From NCBI GenBank assembly GCA_043825735.1, contig JBDRRP010000075.1, forward strand, positions 59,946-79,945: a stretch of 20,000 nucleotides of DNA, in the 5' to 3' direction. Numbering within the stretch: the first letter of the stretch is position 1; every line of letters begins with the position of its first letter. Positions 8,496 through 16,640 of the stretch are shown here, in pieces. This DNA is from Pseudomonadota bacterium (lineage in GTDB: Bacteria; Desulfobacterota; Desulfobacteria; Desulfobacterales; JBDRRP01). The notes beneath the pieces are model-generated. The model saw only the letters and a program-made list of their open reading frames with translations, was not told the origin of the DNA and searched no databases. The position numbers were made by a program, and so were the translations under genes.

Positions 8496-10868
8496 CTACC
8501 AGCCAAACTTAACGGTCGCAGCAAAGCTGTGGCTATCGTCCGAGCCGGCCAGCTCACCGTTGTAACCGACATTGAGTGTCGCGTTCTCACTCAACTGACC
8601 GGCGACACCAAGGCCAAGCTGCAGTCTGTCTCGGTCTAATTCCGGCCCTTCGACGCGAAAGGTGCTGCCGGGTGCCGCGCTAAAACCGGCGTCCATGCGT
8701 GACACGGTGTCCAGATACTCATGCACATAGGCAATCATGGCCGATGGCGTCAAGCGCCGGTCTTCTTGTATGGTGAAGTCGCGGCTTAACCGCATCCCTA
8801 ATCGCGTGCGCAGGCTGTTATCGTCCTGTTTCTCGACACTCAAGTTCGCGGTTCCCGCACCGGTCTCGACAAAGTCCTCACGGGTGTTGTGGTTGTAGGT
8901 GACGCCGACAAATGGTGTCAGCACGGTAGCAACATCGAGCTTGAAATCTTTGCCGCCTTCCACTGCCGCGCCGACATTGACACTGTCATAGTCGGCGCGT
9001 GCAGTTCCCGTTGATGCGCCGACGGTGACGGTTCGCGTGTCATGGTTTTTATGAAGACCCAACCCCACGGCAGCATTCATATAGACCGCATCGCGCTTCC
9101 AACTGCCATAAGGCGCGACTTGAAAGCTCTCGATGTCACTGTCACCGGCAACCGGGTCAGCATTGCTTCTGGCATAACTGCCGGCCAGGCCCGCGACAAC
9201 GTTACGCCAGTCTGTATCGATGCCGGCGGCAACCCCGTTGGTTTGGTAATCCGCGCCGCCGGCATTGGCCGTGTCCTTGATTTTACCAAACCCGCCAAAG
9301 CCTTGCATCCACCAGCCGCGTTGGCGCGCGATCCGGCGCGTACTGTCTGCGGCATCACTATTCAGATAATCGCTGTTGTCCGCCAGCAGAACGCCTTGCA
9401 TCGGATTAAAGTGCTCAGCAGTAAACGCCAACGCACCATTCGCGCTTTGACTACTGTGACTGAGCAACAACTGTTGAAACTGTCGGCTGAGGTTATTGAT
9501 CACGGCTTGGCCCTGCGTATGCTGCACACCCGTTAAGCTATCGAACGCCTGCCGGGCGCCGGTGGTACTCAGGGCGAGGATGTTGTTATTGATATCGGCC
9601 AGGGCCGTGCTGTTGCTGCTCAACACAGAAGCAACCGCTTGTTGATTGGGCGTTGCGGCCACACTCGAATAACTCACATTGTTACGGAGCAGATTCAAAT
9701 AGACATTGTTGGCATCGTAACTCAGGGTCGGCGTCAGGAAAGCAAAGCTGGAATTGATACTCGTAGTGCCGAAGGTGCCGATCAATCCTCCGGTTGCCGT
9801 CAGAATCGTATAGTCAGTAGAAACCGCATAGGTGCCGGATGTGGGTTGCACGCTGACAATCCCGCTGGTCAGGGTTGCCGTACCGGTTGCAACAATCTTG
9901 TCGCTGCCGCCGGCCGCATCGACTTCGACGCTGTAGTTGCCACCACCGGTGAAATCGACATTGCCGGTGACATTGAGGGTGCCGATCGAATTGCCGGGTG
10001 CCAGCGTCCCGCCATTGATCGTGACGGCGCCGACCGTACCGGTGCCCCCCAACGTGGCGCCGGTATTGACTGTCGTCGTCGAGCTGGCAATCGAACCGTT
10101 CACAAACAAGGTGCCGGCGTTGACGGTTGTGGGGCCGCTGTAAGTGTTGGCACCCGACAAAATCGTCGTCCCGGAACCCAGGTGATTGACCTTAAGATTC
10201 CCGGTGATTAGAACCGCCGCGCCCCCTGACGTACCGTCGTTGGTGAGATAATAATTCGTATCCGTGTGGTTGAAATTGACAGCGTCGTTGGTGCCAGTAA
10301 TGCTGTTCAGACTGGGCGCATTCACCACCCCGGCGGCGCCGCCGGTGCCGATATTGAATGCCGCCGTACTGCCGGCACTATTGCCGACTAAAATTGCGTT
10401 TGTTACGGTGACAATCCCGCCGTTGGCGATGTTGAGCGTTCCGGTGGCGGCGTTGAGGCCGATAGATAAGTTGCCGCTGGTAACCCTGGCGCCGCCTAAT
10501 ATGTTGAGCGTGCCCGCAGCCGTTGCATTGTTGCTACCAGCGACGATTGTATTCGCTGTGAGCGTCGAAGCATTGTTTTGAATGGTGACCGTGCCGGTAT
10601 TGCCGGCGTTATTGCCGATATTCAGAAGGTTTGTCGTGGCAGCGCCGCTCAGAATCTGCGCAGTGCCGCCGTTGTTGATACTGGTGAAATCGTTGGTAGC
10701 GATGTTGGGGACGCCGCCGATGGCCCAGGATCCGCCCGCAAACCAGTCGCCCGTACCCACATTCCAATTCTGAACGGCGGCCATGGCCCGGGGGGAGGCG
10801 AACAAGGCTTCGGAAACCAACCAGAAGGCAGCCAGCACTCTGATATATTTATTTTTTAGAATTTTCAT
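8496..10868 (-). CDS. Autotransporter (type Va) with a G/T/N-rich beta-helical passenger, adhesin-like
   Basis: 790 aa; signal peptide ending AMA; autotransporter-associated repeat GSGTTILSGANTYSGPTTVNAGTL; GGTLAPGNSIGTL; C-terminal beta-barrel (GWWMQGFG...) ending in VKFGW. No catalytic domain recognised. Confidence 0.93.
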   Translation of the reverse strand: MKILKNKYIRVLAAFWLVSEALFASPRAMAAVQNWNVGTGDWFAGGSWAIGGVPNIATNDFTSINNGGTAQILSGAATTNLLNIGNNAGNTGTVTIQNNASTLTANTIVAGSNNATAAGTLNILGGARVTSGNLSIGLNAATGTLNIANGGIVTVTNAILVGNSAGSTAAFNIGTGGAAGVVNAPSLNSITGTNDAVNFNHTDTNYYLTNDGTSGGAAVLITGNLKVNHLGSGTTILSGANTYSGPTTVNAGTLFVNGSIASSTTTVNTGATLGGTGTVGAVTINGGTLAPGNSIGTLNVTGNVDFTGGGNYSVEVDAAGGSDKIVATGTATLTSGIVSVQPTSGTYAVSTDYTILTATGGLIGTFGTTSINSSFAFLTPTLSYDANNVYLNLLRNNVSYSSVAATPNQQAVASVLSSNSTALADINNNILALSTTGARQAFDSLTGVQHTQGQAVINNLSRQFQQLLLSHSSQSANGALAFTAEHFNPMQGVLLADNSDYLNSDAADSTRRIARQRGWWMQGFGGFGKIKDTANAGGADYQTNGVAAGIDTDWRNVVAGLAGSYARSNADPVAGDSDIESFQVAPYGSWKRDAVYMNAAVGLGLHKNHDTRTVTVGASTGTARADYDSVNVGAAVEGGKDFKLDVATVLTPFVGVTYNHNTREDFVETGAGTANLSVEKQDDNSLRTRLGMRLSRDFTIQEDRRLTPSAMIAYVHEYLDTVSRMDAGFSAAPGSTFRVEGPELDRDRLQLGLGVAGQLSENATLNVGYNGELAGSDDSHSFAATVKFGW

Positions 10869-11131
10869 CGGGAATACGCCCTTTTGCCTAAATTGAAAAT
10901 ATCAGCCACACATGCGGCGAACGCGGTATCGGTATTCAATGATTCCGTTTCGCCGGTCGGCATCGGCGCCTCCGGCAGGATCGGGTTGAAAGCACCCGCG
11001 ACAGTTACCCCACAAGCAGCCAGGCCCAAATTGCAGCGGGGATATTTAAGAGGTGGGTGGCGCCATTTCGCGTTGAAACGGGTGATTCGTTTCGGTGACG
11101 ATGGATCAACGCCATAGCGCGATAATCTACA

Positions 11132-11195
11132 CTCACGCCGCTCTCCGCTATTAATGGTTACTGAAACGGTAGGACTTCGTCGAACATTGTCAAGG
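11132..11195 (-). promoter_or_regulatory. Diverged copy of the met promoter plus the 5' end of the SAM-I riboswitch
   Basis: Manual alignment to 8336-8400 gives 50/65 identities, including an exact 15-mer GGAGAGCGGCGTGAG, -35 TTGACA and -10-like TACCGT (16-bp spacer). Confidence 0.8.
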
Positions 11196-11372
11196 AAGAA
11201 GGTCGGATTTCGAAAAATGCGGGGTGGGCTGGAAAAGAGGTGCGACAACAGACCGTCGAACCGGGTACGTATCGATAATTGAAACCGAACCGGTGTTCCG
11301 GGAAGGATTCTGGAATCCTGTCACGAATCCCATTGCCTGGTACGGAACCGAAGCCAACTTCATCTTGTTGTC

Positions 11373-11993
11373 TCAACTGCCTCGACGCGCCAGGGCCAGA
11401 CCGATCCCGGATATGATCATCAATCCACCGGCCGTCCGCAAGACGGATTGGAAGGCGCGCCGGCTCTGCAAAAACCCCCTGACGTTTCCGGCCAGCAGCG
11501 CCCAAACCGATGTCACGGAAAAGGTGATCGCTAAAAACGTTGGGACGATGACGGCAAATTGGACTCCGGCAGGACACGTCACATCGATGAACTGCGGCAA
11601 AAACGCCGCGATGAAGATCAAACTCTTCGGGTTTGGAATCGTGACAACCAGTCCTTGAACGAACAGATTGGTTCTGGAAACCGTCGACGTGTCAAGCGAT
11701 AGCGGCTCCCCTGCGCCCTGCCACTGTTTGATGCCGAGATAAACGAGATATACGGCCCCAACCCAGCGCAGCCATTGGAACCCTTCGGCAACAACGTTCA
11801 GCAGTGAGGTCAAGCCGATGGCCGCAACAAGGAGCTGGACGGCGATTCCCATCGTCTCCCCGGCGACGGTGGCAAGGGCACGTTGCCAACCGAACGAAAT
11901 GCTGTGAGCAACCGTCAACAGCACGCTCGGTCCGGGCAGCGCGATCATGATTGCAGTGGCGACAACGAATGCAAGATATACGTGTGGTTCCAT
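11373..11993 (-). CDS. LysE/RhtB family amino-acid exporter
   Basis: 206 aa, about 6 hydrophobic segments; PGP motif, GAVYLVYLG and NPKSLIF..AFLPQF. Confidence 0.93.
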   Translation of the reverse strand: MEPHVYLAFVVATAIMIALPGPSVLLTVAHSISFGWQRALATVAGETMGIAVQLLVAAIGLTSLLNVVAEGFQWLRWVGAVYLVYLGIKQWQGAGEPLSLDTSTVSRTNLFVQGLVVTIPNPKSLIFIAAFLPQFIDVTCPAGVQFAVIVPTFLAITFSVTSVWALLAGNVRGFLQSRRAFQSVLRTAGGLMIISGIGLALARRGS

Positions 11994-12013
11994 GCCATGT
12001 AGCTCTCATTTAG

Positions 12014-12143
12014 GATGAACCCGTAAAAAAGCAATTTTCTCGCAGAGACGCCAAGTACGCCAAGTAATTTTAATTCATATCAATGCCTTATCTTTGCGGC
12101 CGCTGCGGCTTTGCGAGGGATTCTGACTTTTTACGAAGCCATC
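12014..12143. repeat. Nested inverted repeats between araC and lysE
   Basis: Outer GATGAACCCGTAAAAAAGC (12014-12032) and GACTTTTTACGAAGCCATC (12125-12143); inner 9-nt periodic arms ctcgcagag-acgccaagt-acgccaag (from 12039) and ctttgcggccgctgcggctttgcgag (12092-12117). Confidence 0.8.
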
Positions 12144-12183
12144 AACGTTGGCTTCCGTCATAATCGCCAATTTGAAAATCAAA

Positions 12184-12990
12184 TTATTGTATAAAATTGA
12201 CTTGGTACGCTTTGGGGGTGACTGTGGTCATTGCTTTGAAATGTCGTTGGAAGTGGCTTTGGTCGAAAAAACCGCATGCCAGGGCAACCTGAGACAAATC
12301 ACCCCCTTTTTGCAGCAGCTTTCTGGCCAGCTCGATTCTACAGTTCAATCGATACGCATGCGGGGTTATGCCGGTGGTTGCCTTGAACTGCCTGAGCAGC
12401 GTGTATGGGTTGGCCTGCAGCATCGCGGACAGCTGTTTCAGGCTGGTGTTCATATCCAGATTCATACCCAATTGAAGTTTCAGTCGCGCTATCTGATTAG
12501 AAGGCGCTATTTCAACTGCCGGCGGCTCACAAGCACGTGAAAAGATATTTTTTACAAGCGCCGCCAGCGTTTGTTCTTTTTCCCGAGGATCCCATTCCCC
12601 CGTTAACGATTCCACGGCGCTGATGTATTGCCGGCAAATTGAATCGTCTTCCAATATAACGATGCTCACCGGACAAAATACCTTGAGTGGCCACATGGAT
12701 CGCTGCAACTTCAGACACCACTCGACATCGAGATAGAGCATGTAATAGCTTCGTTGGCTATGTCCGGTGGGGTTGCACGAGTGAAGTGTTTCCGGATTGA
12801 TCAGTGCAATGCTCCCAGGCTTTAATTTAACCGCCTTCCCTTCAACCTCATAGATCACCGCTCCCTGATCGATGGCGCCGACACAGAATCTCTTATGCAT
12901 ATGAGGCTTGAAGTGCCGCCGGCTGTCTCTTGAATAGCGACATTCCGCAAATGGCAGTGCTGGATGCCTAAAAAATCGATCTTGGCTCAT
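12184..12990 (-). CDS. AraC family transcriptional regulator (cupin sensor plus HTH)
   Basis: 268 aa; N-terminal PHMH...INPETLHSC cupin and C-terminal FK..TGITPHAY...VALACGFFDQSHFQRHFK. Confidence 0.95.
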   Translation of the reverse strand: MSQDRFFRHPALPFAECRYSRDSRRHFKPHMHKRFCVGAIDQGAVIYEVEGKAVKLKPGSIALINPETLHSCNPTGHSQRSYYMLYLDVEWCLKLQRSMWPLKVFCPVSIVILEDDSICRQYISAVESLTGEWDPREKEQTLAALVKNIFSRACEPPAVEIAPSNQIARLKLQLGMNLDMNTSLKQLSAMLQANPYTLLRQFKATTGITPHAYRLNCRIELARKLLQKGGDLSQVALACGFFDQSHFQRHFKAMTTVTPKAYQVNFIQ

Positions 12991-13283
12991 TTACTTCTCA
13001 AAAAACCACAAGGTTGTTTTCAAATGCTATCGAATTCTTAGCCATCCATGCCAATCCAGCTCTAAAGCGTTCTTCCTTAAACTCGTCTTTTTGCCCTCAA
13101 AATCATCATGTTAAGACCTGAAAAGACTTACAATTTTCGATTAACCTCCGGCATGATAACTTATTGCTTGGCCCGAACCCAATTTAGCCAATTTACAGAT
13201 AGAGACGGCGGCGGCGCAATCAAACGGCGGAATTGATGCGTATCGGCCCTGCAATCTGAATCATTGTGGTTATGGGTACAATG

Positions 13284-15395
13284 TTATGGAATGCCCCCTT
13301 TTTGGACAACCAGACTACTATCACGCCATAATGAAAATCGGCCAACGTTACTGAGGCTGATAATCCCCCATGAAATAAAATACAAGAGAACGCAAAACCA
13401 GAGAGACTTATGAAAGCCTGTAATTATTACAACAACCTCACATAGACCACCAATCGCGCCTCCGATATAATTCCATTTCTGCATCCTCAGGACCATATCT
13501 GTACTCAGTCTCTTTATGTATAAAAGATATAGATACCCAGATATGAATGTTGGTAGAATAAAAAAGCCGATATACAATATGCTCGATGGCAAAATAGCAC
13601 CACTCAGAGGATGAAACAACTGCCTTGAAAAAAAAGTCAATGCCAAGCTTGAAAACAGTAACATCCATATCCATCTAAATTGTACTCTGGAATAAATTAA
13701 AGCCAGCAGGCTCCCTAGAAGCGATGAGATAATTATTCCTATCACCACATATGCCTGCCCCATATAGGTTGAACCTAATATCGGTGTCAATGCAGAAATG
13801 GCACGCAGTTCTATAAAGAAAAATGCTGCGCCGGAAAAAAATGCATAACTTAAGAAACGGAAAATAGACAGCCGAGAAAGATTGAGGCACCCATCATTTT
13901 CAAAGAACTCAGACTCTGCCAGATTCTGGGCAATACTGATAATTGCAATCATTAATATCAGCATTATTAAAAGCAGCCGTATATGCGCCATGGGAATCTG
14001 GTTTCCAAAACTGTAAAAAAAAGGCCAGTCATCTGTGGGTATTCGGATTGGTGACATAGCATTAAACTGCGGCGTTGTTTCTTCATAATAATTAGTCAAG
14101 AAATCTATGTCTCTTGAATTTGAAACAACATATAGTGTCTGTATCTGGTTTTGCCTTTGAAAAACCTTGACTTTGTCCCCTGCTGCTCCTTTCAGAAGAT
14201 AAAACATTCGATCCCTAATCCATTTGTTAGCAGTCGCAAAATTGATAAAGAGAACCCCGTCTTTTTCAAGGTGAGAAACAATCAAGTCTATTCCTTCACG
14301 TGTATAGAGAAAACTATCCAACCTGAAACGGGACTTATTGGAAGCATTGGTCTGGGAGTCTAAAAATGCTGAATAGATCACTCCGTATTTCTTTGAATCG
14401 TTATTCAGATATTGCCTGGCATCCGCAATGACTGTTTTTACTCGATTATTATAATAGGTTTTGTCAGGATCAAATACTGTCCCCAATCTAACAAATTCTG
14501 AATCAATCTCAACGGCTGTCACATGTTTTGCGCCTGCAAACAAAGCTTCTCGGACATCGTTTGTTCCAGCGCATGAGCCTAGAATCAGGACATTATCTTC
14601 GGGCTTTACCGCACTGAAAACAGCAGATTGCAGCACACGTTTATCTATTGCAATTTCCCTAATTGGCTTTGTAGATATGGAAGAAATATAAAAACCGTTT
14701 GAAAGTACTGCAATAGTATCTGGATCATCAGATTTGGCAATGTCAATTCTCTGATAGGGGCTCCATAGATGCGATACAGAAGTAACAGATCCGTATGAAA
14801 TCAGGATAATCAATGGCACTAAACAAAAGATTTTTATTAATAATTTTTTTGCAGACAAAAACAAAGGCAGGGACGCAATAATTGACCAAAGAATAATCAA
14901 CCATATAAATTCTGGGAAAAATTGATTCTGGCTTACGAACAAGACCGCTCCCGATATCCCGCCCAACCCGATAACTACATAACCGACAAACCCATCTTTA
15001 AATTTTAATAGATATGCTGCCTGCTGACTTCCTATCAGCATCATTACAGGTATAATAGGTACTGAAAGCACAAGGATCGCCAACTGGAGATCAAAATCTG
15101 CATGTTTTGGATATAAATTGGCAACTGATGACCATAAAAACTCTCCATGCATCGTTGAAATCAGATTATGACTGCCAATCCACTTCGCTGAGAAATATGA
15201 ATACAAAATACCATAAGGCACAATCCAGAAATATTTAGATATTTTTCTTATAAAATACCCCGCGCCAAGCGACACTACGCCGATCAGCAGAAAAAGGTTG
15301 CTGTAATAGGAAGTGCCTCCTGCAAGAGTGGTAAAAGTCCGAACAAAAGCGAGTTGCGAAAAAACTCCAAACACACTCCACAATAAAAGATTCAA
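13284..15395 (-). CDS. Membrane-bound spermidine-synthase-like / class I SAM-dependent transferase with N- and C-terminal TM domains
   Basis: WSPYQRI, VLILGSCAGTND, VTAVEID, DARQYL, RLDSFLYTREG and PTDDWPF motifs between multi-TM blocks. Likely TTG start at 15395 with GAGG 9 nt upstream; the track's 15575 extension looks non-coding. Visibly AT-rich. Confidence 0.8.
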   Translation of the reverse strand: MNLLLWSVFGVFSQLAFVRTFTTLAGGTSYYSNLFLLIGVVSLGAGYFIRKISKYFWIVPYGILYSYFSAKWIGSHNLISTMHGEFLWSSVANLYPKHADFDLQLAILVLSVPIIPVMMLIGSQQAAYLLKFKDGFVGYVVIGLGGISGAVLFVSQNQFFPEFIWLIILWSIIASLPLFLSAKKLLIKIFCLVPLIILISYGSVTSVSHLWSPYQRIDIAKSDDPDTIAVLSNGFYISSISTKPIREIAIDKRVLQSAVFSAVKPEDNVLILGSCAGTNDVREALFAGAKHVTAVEIDSEFVRLGTVFDPDKTYYNNRVKTVIADARQYLNNDSKKYGVIYSAFLDSQTNASNKSRFRLDSFLYTREGIDLIVSHLEKDGVLFINFATANKWIRDRMFYLLKGAAGDKVKVFQRQNQIQTLYVVSNSRDIDFLTNYYEETTPQFNAMSPIRIPTDDWPFFYSFGNQIPMAHIRLLLIMLILMIAIISIAQNLAESEFFENDGCLNLSRLSIFRFLSYAFFSGAAFFFIELRAISALTPILGSTYMGQAYVVIGIIISSLLGSLLALIYSRVQFRWIWMLLFSSLALTFFSRQLFHPLSGAILPSSILYIGFFILPTFISGYLYLLYIKRLSTDMVLRMQKWNYIGGAIGGLCEVVVIITGFHKSLWFCVLLYFISWGIISLSNVGRFSLWRDSSLVVQKGGIP

Positions 15396-15810
15396 AGTGA
15401 AAGACCTCAATTTATAATACGAAGTAGAAATCCACGCCCTATGTGCTTGGCGATGTGGGGTTGGCTGCGCCAGTCCCGCATGGGTATGGCCTGAAAGGCC
15501 GGTCACTGCTACCGTTGCGATGAATTGTTGCCGCAACATCAAAGCAAGGAGATAACAGTAAGCCGGTTCCGTCAACCATCACACCCGTCACAGCGGGATT
15601 AACGGTCTCTTGGCCCCATAGCCTTCAACAACGCAGTCAGCAGGAAAATGATGATGATTTTCATTAGTTGCCAAAGCAGCTCGGTGTCAATACTAAAAGT
15701 CTTGCCGCTCTTTTGGGATAATCCAGGGCTCAATCGGTGAACCAAGGCCGAGTCCACGATGATATGTTGAACAAAACTGGCCTTATTTGACGATGGAGCC
15801 GTGCTTACCC

Positions 15811-15845
15811 ATGACAAATTAGGAGTTACACTCCTAATTTGCCAT
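15811..15845. repeat. Isolated 15-bp inverted repeat
   Basis: ATGACAAATTAGGAG-ttaca-CTCCTAATTTGCCAT, 14/15 complementary. Confidence 0.8.
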
Positions 15846-15881
15846 AAACGGGGATTGAGGAAATGGGGAGGCCATTGCCAT

Positions 15882-15976
15882 GTCACCCCAGCCAAGACCA
15901 GGGGTGTAATACATTTCTGGATGCCGGCCTTTACTTCTCGCTCTGAGAGCTAAGCCCGACAAGCCGCCAGCATTAC
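15882..15976. repeat. Degenerate GTCA...TGAC palindromic element (family of 7955-8023) interrupted by a 33-nt insertion
   Basis: gtcaccccagccaagaccaggggtg ... ctggatgccggcct[15931-15963]ccgccagcattac. Confidence 0.6.
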
Positions 15977-16131
15977 GAGAAACACACTTTTACGGTCGGT
16001 ATCAAAATTGGCTCCCAGACGCGTGATTTCCAAACGCCGACACCCTGGGTATCAGCGTCCAAAATGCCAGCACTCTTTAAAGCGGCACTGAAACGAGTCA
16101 TCTTGACCATAAATACAAAGGGGCAACAGGT

Positions 16132-16401
16132 ATGGCAGAGGAAATCATCAACATCGCAGAGGCAAAGAAACATTTTTCCGAACTGATCGGCCAGGTGGCC
16201 TATGCAAAAAAACGTCTGCTGATCACCAAGCGCGGCAAACCTATGGCCCGATTGGTGCCTGTGGAAGACCAGGAACACCATCTGGCGGACGCCCGAGGGT
16301 GGCTCGGTGATGCAGACCCTTTCTTCGAAGCGATTGACAATATCGTCGCCGACAGGGCCAACCACGTGCCACGGATACTGACCGATCCCGGAACCCGGTA
16401 A
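16132..16401 (+). CDS. Phd/YefM family type II antitoxin
   Basis: 89 aa; INIAEAKKHFSELI and ITKRGKPMARLVP motifs; its stop overlaps the toxin ATG (TAATG). Confidence 0.93.
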   Translation: MAEEIINIAEAKKHFSELIGQVAYAKKRLLITKRGKPMARLVPVEDQEHHLADARGWLGDADPFFEAIDNIVADRANHVPRILTDPGTR

Positions 16402-16552
16402 TGTATCTGCTCGACACCAATATCTTGAGCGAACTCGTCAAAAAACGCCCCAACCCCCATCTCATCCATCGCCTATCCCGGCAGCCGCCTGAAAAACTCT
16501 TTACTTTCAGCGTATCGAAGGCCTGATGGTTGAAAACTGGACCAAGTCGTAG
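16401..16552 (+). pseudogene. vapC: VapC/PIN-domain toxin with an internal deletion and frameshift
   Basis: Frame from 16401 reads MYLLDTNILSELVKKRPNPHLIHRLSRQPPEKLFT and stops at 16526. The -1 frame from 16505 reads FQRIEGLMVENWTKS*, a typical VapC C-terminus. Confidence 0.88.
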
Positions 16553-16640
16553 CCCCCCCTCTCCCGAACGATCCCAACGTCACTCATCGTAAACACCGGG
16601 GCGTAGCGACACCGTTCAGACCTCTTTGGCGTTGATTTTT

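Noticed and set aside
10865..11248. 127-aa ORF upstream of the autotransporter
   Set aside because: No recognisable motifs, and it runs through the duplicated promoter and riboswitch remnant. No c-di-GMP riboswitch consensus was seen here either.
12997..13090. Short frame DEFKEERFRAGLAWMAKNSIAF upstream of araC, possibly a gene remnant
   Set aside because: Too short and has no start; cannot be assigned without a database search.
13171..13290. Imperfect hairpin with AAC...GTT ends just downstream of the AT-rich gene, resembling an integron attC site
   Set aside because: R and L box spacing does not fit the attC consensus (a ccaattta duplication disrupts it), and there is no second attC or integrase in the window. 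IntegronFinder would settle it.
15396..15575. 60-aa N-terminal extension of the spermidine-synthase-like ORF
   Set aside because: It lies in GC-richer, hairpin-containing sequence outside the AT-rich block; a TTG with a GAGG RBS exists at 15395.
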